This document shows positions 1-7,057 of a stretch of 32,000 bases of DNA, in pieces (within the stretch, counting starts at the first letter, position 1; every line of letters starts with the position of its first letter). Source of the stretch: Halalkalibacterium halodurans (GTDB lineage Bacteria > Bacillota > Bacilli > Bacillales > Bacillaceae_D); NCBI RefSeq assembly GCF_004376175.1, contig NZ_SNUY01000004.1, positions 65,264-97,263 on the forward strand. The letters run 5' to 3'. Both the position numbers and the translations under genes were made by a program. Below the pieces are notes generated by a model. It was given only the letters and a program-made list of their open reading frames with translations. It searched no databases and was not told the DNA's origin.

Positions 1-19
1 CTTTCCTAAAGCCGCCTAG

Positions 20-136
20 TCAATTTTTAAAAAAATAATGGCAATAGGTTTCTTTGTCATGCACATTTTTGAAAATACAATGAAAATAATGAGTGTGCAG
101 GCCATTCCAATCCAATTTCCAGTAATTTTGGTTCAT
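20..136 (-). CDS. candidate 38-aa small ORF (MNQNYWKLDWNGLHTHYFHCIFKNVHDKETYCHYFFKN), hypothetical
   Basis: Hand-translated: ATG at 136, TGA at 20-22. It lies about 55 nt downstream of the strong promoter at 199-227. The SD is weak (GGGTGA only 2 nt from the ATG). It is below the ORF-track size cutoff. Confidence 0.2.
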   Translation of the reverse strand: MNQNYWKLDWNGLHTHYFHCIFKNVHDKETYCHYFFKN

Positions 137-198
137 TTCACCCGGAAAATTGTTATTTATTCCGAGACTCTATTAAGATGTCAAACAGGATGTACTTT

Positions 199-227
199 AT
201 TATATCAAAAAATGTGTAATTTGTTAA
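199..227 (-). promoter_or_regulatory. SigA-type promoter with extended -10, firing toward the left window edge
   Basis: On the minus strand: TTAACA (222-227), a 17-nt spacer, then TGaTATAAT (199-207). No listed ORF lies downstream within the window. Confidence 0.5.
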
Positions 228-233
228 CGGATT

Positions 234-260
234 ATCACAAATTAATCACATATTTTCACA
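234..260. promoter_or_regulatory. three helically phased direct repeats (A/T)TCACA just upstream of the -35
   Basis: ATCACA at 234-239, ATCACA at 245-250 and TTCACA at 255-260. Spacing is 11 and 10 bp. They directly abut the -35 of the 199-227 promoter. Confidence 0.35.
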
Positions 261-283
261 CATTTAAACGGATTTCTAGTTAA

Positions 284-310
284 AGAAAAAAGTAGCGTTG
301 CTCGCTACTT
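284..310 (-). terminator. rho-independent terminator of msrA
   Basis: Minus strand: AGTAGCG-agcaa-CGCTACT followed by TTTTTT. The stop codon lies inside the 5' arm. Confidence 0.75.
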
Positions 311-835
311 TCCCCAATGTTTATAAATAAATTCATCCCGACCTGATTTTTCACGATCTTCCTTGTATGCCATCGGATTTTTTTTATAAAATTGCTGGTG
401 CTCCTCCTCGGCTGGATAAAAGGTTGCCATCGGTAATATGCTTGTCACGATGGGCTTTTTAAATTTTCCACTCTTCTCAAGTGCTTCTCTCGACCGCTCG
501 GCAAGCGCGCGCTGCTCTTCGTTTTCATAAAAGATAGCTGTACGATATTGCGGTCCCCTATCGTGAAATTGCCCATCTGGATCTGTCGGATCAATTTGTG
601 GCCAATAGAGCGATAACAATTTCTCGAATGGAAACAACTCAGGAACGTATGTAATGTGAACCACTTCATAATGACCAGTTGTCCCGGTTTTTACTTGTTC
701 ATATGTTGGGTTTTCGACCGTCCCCCCTGCATAACCAGATACGACACTTTCGATGCCAGGTTGTTTATCAAACGGCTGAACCATACACCAAAAGCAGCCT
801 CCAGCAAACATCGCTCGTTCTAGACGTTTTTCCAC
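305..835 (-). CDS. msrA: peptide-methionine (S)-S-oxide reductase MsrA
   Basis: Contains the GCFWC active-site motif (MFAGGCFWCMVQPF), and the rest of the sequence is MsrA-like. The track ORF 305-943 is trimmed to the GTG at 835, which is preceded by the SD AAAGGGGGAGA. Confidence 0.9.
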   Translation of the reverse strand: MEKRLERAMFAGGCFWCMVQPFDKQPGIESVVSGYAGGTVENPTYEQVKTGTTGHYEVVHITYVPELFPFEKLLSLYWPQIDPTDPDGQFHDRGPQYRTAIFYENEEQRALAERSREALEKSGKFKKPIVTSILPMATFYPAEEEHQQFYKKNPMAYKEDREKSGRDEFIYKHWGK

Positions 836-1044
836 TATTTCTCCCCCTTTTACAATCGTAATCGAATTATAGCATAGGCAGTACATACCTGAAAGCTCGT
901 TGCTTATAGGAGATAGACTAGTTTTACAACTCGTACGCTTCACAAAGATTATGCAAAAGAGGTTTCCACAGGGATAAGAATATGTTATTTTTAAAAAGCA
1001 TTATTTATAAACATGCAACCGTTAAGTAAGGTGGTTTAATAATC

Positions 1045-2382
1045 ATGAAAACGTCGTGGAATATGAAAGGTTTTTTACTATTTATTCTTCCTTCTTTTTT
1101 TGGGGTCTTTTTATTTATGGTTCCGATTCGAACGGAAGATGGTTATAGCATACCCGTAGCGATCCTTGCTAATTCCGTTCAGACATGGCTTTCTCCCATA
1201 CTCCCTGGACTACTAACAGCACTGATCGTGATCTCCGCTTTGATTAGCGCCTATGCAACGATACGAAAACCGGTCTTTTTTAGCGAGAAACCGAATGTAT
1301 CAAAGCTCGTTGTCGTTTCGCCATTTTGGCTTGTTGTTCGTTTGATCGGTGCCATGTTTGCTGTGGTTACGTTCTTTACTTTAGCTGATGAAGCCATCAT
1401 TGAAGTAACTGGTGGATTGCTGTTATATGATTTGATGCCGGTCCTTTTTACTGTCTTTTTATTCGCTGGTTTTTTCCTTCCGCTCCTGCTGAACTTCGGT
1501 TTGCTAGAACTGTGCGGAGCGCTCTTAAATCCCCTGATGCGCCCACTATTTAAGCTTCCTGGTCGTTCGGCCATTGATAGCTTGGCATCTTGGATGGGAG
1601 ATGGAACGGTAGGGGTCATGTTAACGAACCAACAATATGAACAAGGTTATTACTCAGAACGAGAAGCCGCCGTTATCGGAACGACTTTTTCCGTCGTTTC
1701 TATCACGTTCAGTATTGTCATCCTTGACAAAATGGACTTAATGAATTATGTCCTTCCATACTATGGAACGATCGTCTTGGCAGGATTCATCGCTGCGATT
1801 ATCATGCCGCGAATTCCGCCGCTTTCACGGAAAAAAGAACGATATTATACGAATGAACCGAGCGTTCATGAGTCTCGTCCTGCTACTAGTTCCTTATTGT
1901 TATGGGGATTGACAAAAGCGATGAACAGAGCACGGAACAACTCTGTTAAAGACTTGTTCCAAAAAGGGCTTTTGACAGTTGGTGATTTATGGATTGGGGT
2001 TTTACCTGTGGTGATGGCCTTTGGAACAGCCACCGTCCTACTTGCAGAAACGACTCCCCTTTTTGAATGGCTCGGCATTCCATTTGTCCCGCTGTTGGAG
2101 CTAGCACAAATTCCTGAAGCAATTGAAGCCTCGAAAACAATGCTCGTCGGATTTGCCGATATGTTCTTGCCAGCCATATTAGGGAGCGAAATTGAAAGCG
2201 AACTGACTCGTTTCGTGATCGCTTGCTTGTCAGTCACTCAGCTCATTTACATGTCTGAAGTGGGAGGCTTGCTCCTCGCCTCTAAGTTACCGATCCGCTT
2301 TATCGATTTAGTGCTTATCTTCCTAGAACGTACGATCATTACACTTCCTATTATTATCATGATGGCCCATCTCATCTTTTAA
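1045..2382 (+). CDS. YjiH/Gate (nucleoside-recognition) domain polytopic membrane protein, putative transporter
   Basis: 445 aa with many hydrophobic helices. The GRSAIDSLASWMGDGTVG region is typical of YjiH-family proteins. SD AAGGTGG lies 10 nt upstream of the ATG. Confidence 0.6.
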   Translation: MKTSWNMKGFLLFILPSFFGVFLFMVPIRTEDGYSIPVAILANSVQTWLSPILPGLLTALIVISALISAYATIRKPVFFSEKPNVSKLVVVSPFWLVVRLIGAMFAVVTFFTLADEAIIEVTGGLLLYDLMPVLFTVFLFAGFFLPLLLNFGLLELCGALLNPLMRPLFKLPGRSAIDSLASWMGDGTVGVMLTNQQYEQGYYSEREAAVIGTTFSVVSITFSIVILDKMDLMNYVLPYYGTIVLAGFIAAIIMPRIPPLSRKKERYYTNEPSVHESRPATSSLLLWGLTKAMNRARNNSVKDLFQKGLLTVGDLWIGVLPVVMAFGTATVLLAETTPLFEWLGIPFVPLLELAQIPEAIEASKTMLVGFADMFLPAILGSEIESELTRFVIACLSVTQLIYMSEVGGLLLASKLPIRFIDLVLIFLERTIITLPIIIMMAHLIF

Positions 2383-2388
2383 ATAGGA

Positions 2389-2420
2389 CCGTCTATGTCG
2401 TTTGCACATAGGCGGTTTTC
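2389..2420 (+). terminator. rho-independent terminator after the YjiH-like gene
   Basis: CCGTCTATG (2389-2397) pairs with CATAGGCGG (2407-2415) with one G-U pair, followed by TTTT. Confidence 0.7.
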
Positions 2421-2493
2421 TCATGGTCATACACCCTTTTAGACATGTGGCATACTATACAGTGTGAACAATATCTTGAAAGGATGAAAGCTC

Positions 2494-2721
2494 GTGCAAC
2501 ACACCGATCAAAGTCGTCCGCAAATGATATCATCTGTGGAGCCTTTCCTTTTTCAAACCCTTCAATCCACACTTGGCCGGCACGTCGTCATCCAGACGAC
2601 AAAAGGGAGCATGCGGGGAAGGTTAACAGATGTAAAGCCAGACCACCTTACCTTACAAATGGAGGATGCGACGTTCCTTATTAGAACCCAAGAAATTGTA
2701 TGGGTTCTGCCAAAAGCATAA
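2494..2721 (+). CDS. small DUF2642-like (Sm-fold-like) protein
   Basis: 75 aa. GTG start at 2494 with SD GAAAGGATG. The motif GRHVVIQTTKGSMRGRLTDVKPDHLTL is typical of Bacillus DUF2642 proteins. The gene is followed by a strong hairpin. Confidence 0.6.
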   Translation: MQHTDQSRPQMISSVEPFLFQTLQSTLGRHVVIQTTKGSMRGRLTDVKPDHLTLQMEDATFLIRTQEIVWVLPKA

Positions 2722-2760
2722 AGCTCCGCCTTTGCTAGGCGAAGCTTTATGCTTCTTTTT
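2712..2760. terminator. bidirectional terminator between converging genes
   Basis: A 17-bp stem: AAGCATAAAGCTCCGCC (2714-2730) pairs with GGCGAAGCTTTATGCTT (2738-2754) with one mismatch. It is flanked by an A-run and a T-run. Confidence 0.8.
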
Positions 2761-3046
2761 ATTCATAAACAAATTCAATTTCGTCGTACTTACGACTATA
2801 CTTCACTTTTAAGTCGAGATCTTTAAAATACCACAAGTCCTCATTTTCAATGTAAAAGGTAACGCCATCCACCTCCGACTTTGCCCCGATTTCCTTTGGC
2901 GTCTCTTGGCTAATCCCCAAGGAGAAGCCACTTTGAATCGAACCACATCCACCGTATCGTGCATAAAAACGAATATTCTCTCCACCTTCTAAGCCAAATT
3001 CATCTTTAAACCATTGAAGCGCTGGCTTCGTTATTTGAATGTTCAT
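2759..3046 (-). CDS. HesB/YadR/YfhF-family (IscA-like fold) small protein
   Basis: 95 aa from MNIQITKPALQWFKDEF, with the RFYARYGGCGSIQSGFSL motif. The track ORF is trimmed to the ATG at 3046, which is preceded by the SD GAAGGAGTG. Confidence 0.75.
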   Translation of the reverse strand: MNIQITKPALQWFKDEFGLEGGENIRFYARYGGCGSIQSGFSLGISQETPKEIGAKSEVDGVTFYIENEDLWYFKDLDLKVKYSRKYDEIEFVYE

Positions 3047-3221
3047 CGTTTCACTCCTTCTGATGCCTTGCGTTCTTATTTCTACTGCCCATCCTAACAA
3101 AGAACATCCAATAGGATTGATAAGCTTATGTTCCTTAAAATTAGCTTACCAAAAAATCTCGCTTGAACAAAGACATTGGCTTACAAATGTATTAACTTGC
3201 CTTTCTTTCGGTGATCTTCTT

Positions 3222-3742
3222 TTAGGATGCAAGCTTGTCAGAAGAGGTTATTGAGCTTTTTTGCTCCAGCCTGTTTTTTTGAAGCTTCTCACGAATGAAT
3301 GGAAGCACGTAGCGGTCACCACCAAAACGACCAGCATTAGCACCAGCAACAGAAATGAAAATCGTAAGCAGAATCATCCACGGATTGGAGGAGATTGTTC
3401 CAGCAAACAGGAACGAGAAATTCATCATTAATCCGAAAAAGGCGGCTGCAGTCGTCAAGACACCTAAGAGTAGACCAAGTCCAACAAGCAATTCCCCCAC
3501 GCAACCATAAAACTGAATGTATCGGCATTAGGCAACGCAACATGTTCGATAAATGTATGGTAGCGAGGGTACTGTTCAAGTACTGCTTCATTTCCAACCA
3601 CACCGAATAAATAACCTTCTGCACTAAACCCCTCGGTTACCTTCCCCCATCCTGCCGTTAGCCATTGCCAGCCAATATATAGACGAAGCACCGTGATGAG
3701 GCTTGCAGCATAAACATTTTCTCTTAAAAATTTCATGATCAT
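3222..3742 (-). pseudogene. DoxX-family membrane protein, disrupted by a 1-nt frameshift (or sequencing error)
   Basis: ORFs 3464-3742 and 3222-3500 join seamlessly as ...FSFMVAWG|ELLVGLGLLLG... The frame change falls in a G5 run on the coding strand (C5 at 3494-3498). A good SD, AAAGGGGGA, precedes the ATG at 3742. Confidence 0.75.
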
Positions 3743-3773
3743 TATTAAGTCCCCCTTTTTCTCTAAAATACTT

Positions 3774-3789
3774 TGTGAACAATTTCACA
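3774..3789. promoter_or_regulatory. Rex/Fnr-Crp-type palindromic operator, site 1
   Basis: TGTGA-acaatt-TCACA. In its wider context it reads TTGTGAA-CAAT-TTCACAt. It lies 32-47 nt upstream of the doxX ATG. Confidence 0.5.
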
Positions 3790-3873
3790 TAAATAACGAA
3801 AGAAAAAAGTTGTTTACTATTTCACATTAGTTTTCAAACACCCTTTTCCTTTCACCTTTATTATGCCACAATA

Positions 3874-3899
3874 AACTTTGTGAAAATAATCACAAAGTT
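3874..3899. promoter_or_regulatory. Rex/Fnr-Crp-type palindromic operator, site 2 (perfect 10-bp arms)
   Basis: AACTTTGTGA-aaataa-TCACAAAGTT is a perfect inverted repeat containing TGTGA-N6-TCACA. Confidence 0.55.
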
Positions 3900-3907
3900 G
3901 AACAGAT

Positions 3908-3923
3908 TGTGACAATTGTCTGA
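3908..3923. promoter_or_regulatory. degenerate third TGTGA-N6-TCtGA site overlapping a candidate promoter
   Basis: TGTGA-caattg-TCTGA has one mismatch in the right half-site. It directly abuts the extended -10 element at 3921-3929. Confidence 0.35.
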
Positions 3924-3929
3924 TATAAA
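3921..3929 (+). promoter_or_regulatory. candidate extended -10 promoter (TGaTATAAA) for the small ORF / kamA transcript
   Basis: TGATATAAA at 3921-3929. There is no good -35. It lies about 80 nt upstream of the ATG at 4010. Confidence 0.3.
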
Positions 3930-4009
3930 TCCATTTTTTTCTTATATCTTTCCTTCAGGAAATTTTTTTTATCATGTGCATAAACTGGACAACAAAGGGG
4001 TGGAACGTC

Positions 4010-4123
4010 ATGAAATATGGGAAAAAGCAAAAAACGATTTTTTATGCTGAATTATTATATAAATGGGGCGTCATCTCTAAAAATCAAAAAGATCAACTAC
4101 TCAAAAAGATACAAAACGAATAA
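4010..4123 (+). CDS. unlisted 37-aa Lys-rich small protein (MKYGKKQKTIFYAELLYKWGVISKNQKDQLLKKIQNE)
   Basis: Hand-translated. A strong SD, AAAGGGGTGG, lies 6 nt before the ATG. TAA is at 4121-4123. A hairpin plus T-run follows. Confidence 0.5.
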   Translation: MKYGKKQKTIFYAELLYKWGVISKNQKDQLLKKIQNE

Positions 4124-4138
4124 CTTTATTCAACTTTT

Positions 4139-4203
4139 GGGCGTTTGCTGCATTTATTAATAAAAGAACGAAAAAGCAGAAGACGCCCTTGAATTATTTT
4201 TTT
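4139..4203 (+). terminator. possible terminator/attenuator between the small ORF and kamA
   Basis: GGGCGTTTGCTGC (4139-4151) pairs with GCAGAAGACGCCC (4176-4188) at 12 of 13 positions. The loop is 24 nt. It is followed by TTGAATTATTTTTTT. Confidence 0.45.
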
Positions 4204-4296
4204 ACGATGACAATCAATCCACGATCATACGATCCTATGATTCTCTTACTGTTTCGTTCTCACGGCGTCGATCGCACTAAAGGAGGCGAAGCAAGA

Positions 4297-5703
4297 ATGG
4301 TACAATTGTATCAGCCGAAACGACATTGGAAAGACATTTCTCTTTGGAAAGACGTGACGGAATCACAATGGAACGATTGGCTCTGGCAACTAACCCATAC
4401 GATCCGAACCATCGATGATTTAAAGCAAGTGATTAATCTAACAGAAGAAGAGGAAGAAGGCGTACGTATTTCAACGAAAACGATTCCGCTAAACATTACG
4501 CCCTACTATGCCTCACTCATGAACCCAGACGATCCACGTTGTCCAATTCGAATGCAATCGGTTCCGATCTCAAAAGAAATCGAAAAAACAAAGTATGATA
4601 TGGAAGATCCTCTTGCAGAAGATGAAGATTCTCCTGTTGCCGGGCTGACCCATCGCTACCCAGACCGTGTGCTTTTTCTCGTGACGAATCAATGTTCCAT
4701 GTACTGTCGTTACTGTACAAGACGGCGTTTTTCCGGCCAAATTGGTATGGGGGTCCCGAAAAAACAAATGGATGCCGCCATCGACTACATTGCCCAAACC
4801 CCAGCAGTACGAGACGTGCTACTTTCAGGGGGCGATGGCTTACTAATCAATGATCAAATTCTTGAATACATTTTAAAGAACTTGCGAGCGATTCCTCATG
4901 TGGAAATCATTCGGATTGGAACGAGGGCTCCGGTTGTGTTTCCACAACGAATCACAGATCACCTTTGCTCTATTCTAAAAAAATACCATCCGGTCTGGTT
5001 AAATACCCATTTTAATACATCATTGGAAATCACAAAGGAGGCGAAGGAAGCCTGTGAAAAGCTAGTCGACGCTGGTGTGCCTGTCGGAAATCAAGCCGTT
5101 ATCCTTGCCGGAATTAACGACAGCACTCACATTATGAAAAAATTAATGCATGACCTTGTCGCCATCCGCGTCCGCCCTTATTATGTATACCAGTGTGACC
5201 TTTCAGAAGGAATCAGTCATTTCCGCGCCCCAATTTCTAAAGGCATCGAAATTATGGAAGCGTTGCGCGGGCATACGAGTGGCTATGCCGTACCGACCTT
5301 TGTTGTGGATGCCCCTGGAGGCGGTGGGAAAGTCACACTCCAACCGAATTACATTTTATCGCAAAGTCCAAGCAAAACGGTATTGCGCAACTTTGAAGGG
5401 GTTATCTCCACCTATCCAGAACCTGACCATTACGTTCCAGGGAAGGCGGACGATTATTTTGCCAAAATGACCGGAATTACAGGAGATGAAAGGAGCATCG
5501 GAATTCACCGGCTCATGAAGGATGAAGAAATCAATCTTGTGCCGAAAGGGTTGAGGCGGTTAGAGCTACGTTCTGTTTATGAACAAGATACAAGGCATCG
5601 GTCCTTAAAAGATTTACGTGAAAAACGCGATCAACTAAAGGAGAAGAAATGGCTAGCAGAACAGCGAAAGCTACAAGAAGGGAAGAAATCCGATGAAATG
5701 TAG
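4297..5703 (+). CDS. kamA: L-lysine 2,3-aminomutase (radical SAM, PLP)
   Basis: Contains the CSMYCRYCTRRR radical-SAM motif. It is near-collinear with B. subtilis KamA from KPKRHWK through the KRDQLKEKK tail. The track ORF is trimmed to the ATG at 4297, preceded by the SD AAAGGAGG. Confidence 0.93.
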   Translation: MVQLYQPKRHWKDISLWKDVTESQWNDWLWQLTHTIRTIDDLKQVINLTEEEEEGVRISTKTIPLNITPYYASLMNPDDPRCPIRMQSVPISKEIEKTKYDMEDPLAEDEDSPVAGLTHRYPDRVLFLVTNQCSMYCRYCTRRRFSGQIGMGVPKKQMDAAIDYIAQTPAVRDVLLSGGDGLLINDQILEYILKNLRAIPHVEIIRIGTRAPVVFPQRITDHLCSILKKYHPVWLNTHFNTSLEITKEAKEACEKLVDAGVPVGNQAVILAGINDSTHIMKKLMHDLVAIRVRPYYVYQCDLSEGISHFRAPISKGIEIMEALRGHTSGYAVPTFVVDAPGGGGKVTLQPNYILSQSPSKTVLRNFEGVISTYPEPDHYVPGKADDYFAKMTGITGDERSIGIHRLMKDEEINLVPKGLRRLELRSVYEQDTRHRSLKDLREKRDQLKEKKWLAEQRKLQEGKKSDEM

Positions 5704-5965
5704 ATGGTGCGAGGTGGAAAATCCTATCAATCGAACGATGACGACTTACTGGGAGTTACCGTCAGGATTACGCGCCATCCGATTGAAAGCGGTTCCATCT
5801 ATCTATTGCTCTCACTGTCATATTGAAGAAGTGGATGAGACAATTTTAGAGGAGCTAGAGGATCAATTGCTACTTGTTGACGAATCTGCCATTCCTGATG
5901 AAACGACCTATGAACAGTTAATGAAGATGCCTCGACGATTAAAACGGAATTATTTTAAGCTTTAA
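5693..5965 (+). CDS. yokU: YokU-family zinc-ribbon-like small protein
   Basis: 90 aa with CRWC...CSHC cysteine pairs. Its ATG overlaps the kamA stop by 11 nt. B. subtilis has the same kamA-adjacent position. Confidence 0.75.
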   Translation: MKCRWCEVENPINRTMTTYWELPSGLRAIRLKAVPSIYCSHCHIEEVDETILEELEDQLLLVDESAIPDETTYEQLMKMPRRLKRNYFKL

Positions 5966-6164
5966 AAACCTAATCCCACTCCTTCTGGATGGAAGATGGA
6001 GGTCTTCCGAAGGGTATGAGCCTGTTTACCGAACCATTAATCGGTTCCGTGTTCATGCGGAAATTTAAGACCTCCTCCGTGACTGGGTTGCATATTTTAG
6101 TGTCCTCTTACGGACAATCGAGTGAGATGCTGATCAATCAGCAGACGATCCCATGAATCAACAG

Positions 6165-6209
6165 AAAAAAGTTCGGATCATCAAAATAAAATGATTCGAA
6201 CTTTTTTTA
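6165..6209. terminator. bidirectional terminator between the kamA-yokU and yodT-yodP operons
   Basis: A 12-bp stem: AGTTCGGATCAT (6170-6181) pairs with ATGATTCGAACT (6191-6202). A6 precedes it and T7 follows it. Confidence 0.85.
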
Positions 6210-6246
6210 TACGTTTGGCTAGTTTTGTCCCAGCCCCAGTATATGG

Positions 6247-7053
6247 CTAACGAATGTTAGTAGCGGTAAGTCGCTTCGTCCAAATATTCATATCCTCGAA
6301 CCCTGTTCCGATTATACAATTGTTTACCATCGTTCCCTCATAGGAAAATCCCCGTTTTTTGATCGTCACATTCATCCCGAAGGAGTGAGACCTTGTAATG
6401 GAATAAACGTTTTCCTCGCCTTCTTCCCATAACCATTGCTCTAACTCACATAAAACAGAAGATAAATACCCGTTTCCTCGCGCTTCTTTTTTTGTTGCGC
6501 AATCGGTTATTTCCCAGCCACCGAATCCGTTTGGTACCGCTGAGGCCGCGCAAATTATGTCCGTACCTTCCTTAACTCCAACGAATTTTGCCCCTTCTTT
6601 CATCGTTTGCTGCAAATATTGTGCAGAAAACACATCTGTCGGATAACGCTCAAACACATGGCGATACAATTGAGCAAGTGAATCCGTATCGGCTTCATTC
6701 AGACGCTGTACAGCGTGAGAGGAAAGCTCTAATGTCCGCTCAATCTTTTGTACATAGGATAATACCTCCCGGTGAAGACGCTCATGATCCGAGTTTTGTC
6801 TGTCTTCCTTTAAAAAGAAGGAGAAAACGTTCGCTTGGCCATTATGAAAATAAGTAGAAACCGCTCCTTCTTGTAACCATCCTTCTTCACAAAAAAAATG
6901 GGCGCATGACTCGTGGACGTAGGCAATCATCTTACCAGTTACGCGACTTTTTTTACGATAAGCGTTTTCGAGCGCTTCCTTGGCGTTCGTTTTTATCGAT
7001 AGAACGATCCGTTCATTGCGATCATCCCGTTCGACTAACCATGGAATATCCAA
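6247..7053 (-). CDS. yodP: GNAT N-acetyltransferase of the YodP/AblB (beta-lysine N6-acetyltransferase) type
   Basis: C-terminal GNAT motif KKEARGNGYLSSVL. Genomic context with kamA. The proposed start is the TTG at 7053, with SD AGGGAGG 9 nt upstream and 4 nt after the yodR stop. Upstream ATGs at 7146 and 7125 would overlap yodR. Confidence 0.7.
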   Translation of the reverse strand: MDIPWLVERDDRNERIVLSIKTNAKEALENAYRKKSRVTGKMIAYVHESCAHFFCEEGWLQEGAVSTYFHNGQANVFSFFLKEDRQNSDHERLHREVLSYVQKIERTLELSSHAVQRLNEADTDSLAQLYRHVFERYPTDVFSAQYLQQTMKEGAKFVGVKEGTDIICAASAVPNGFGGWEITDCATKKEARGNGYLSSVLCELEQWLWEEGEENVYSITRSHSFGMNVTIKKRGFSYEGTMVNNCIIGTGFEDMNIWTKRLTATNIR

Positions 7054-7057
7054 TTGT

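Noticed and set aside
38-283. 81-aa plus-strand ORF at the left edge
   Set aside because: It lies in AT-rich intergenic sequence and has no SD. Its composition (Ile/Phe/Cys/His-rich) is implausible. It overlaps a strong minus-strand promoter and its repeats.
2445-2684. 79-aa plus-strand ORF overlapping the DUF2642-like gene
   Set aside because: It is an alternative frame of the same strand. The 2494-2721 frame has the SD, the family motif and the terminator.
3039-3624. ORFs 3039-3254 (+), 3337-3624 (-) and 3395-3610 (+)
   Set aside because: They are shadow or overlapping frames of the HesB-like and DoxX genes. They lack SDs and family resemblance.
4226-4233. SigE-like -10 element CATACGAT upstream of kamA
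   Set aside because: Only the -10 half resembles the consensus. No convincing -35 lies at the proper spacing, so it is not reportable as a feature.
4189-4296. N-terminal extension of the kamA ORF (MNYFFTMTINPRSY...)
   Set aside because: It starts at a TTG with no SD. The KamA homology begins at MVQLYQPKRHW, whose ATG at 4297 has a perfect AAAGGAGG. The extension also runs through the T-tract of the upstream hairpin.
4124-4296. Lysine (L-box) riboswitch or T-box upstream of kamA
   Set aside because: The region is too short. It lacks the conserved L-box cores (AGAGGnGC, GCCGAAG, CTGTCA-type elements) and any T-box sequence.
5989-6156. 55-codon plus-strand ORF (MEDGGLPKGMSLF...) in the yokU-yodP spacer
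   Set aside because: No SD is present; the upstream sequence is CTCCTTCTGG. The ORF coincides with a long symmetric hairpin, so the open frame is more likely incidental.
5966-6163. Remnant of the missing yodQ (M20 deacylase) in the spacer
   Set aside because: I translated all three minus-strand frames by hand. All contain stops, and no metallopeptidase M20 motif is recognisable. This cannot be excluded without a tblastx search.
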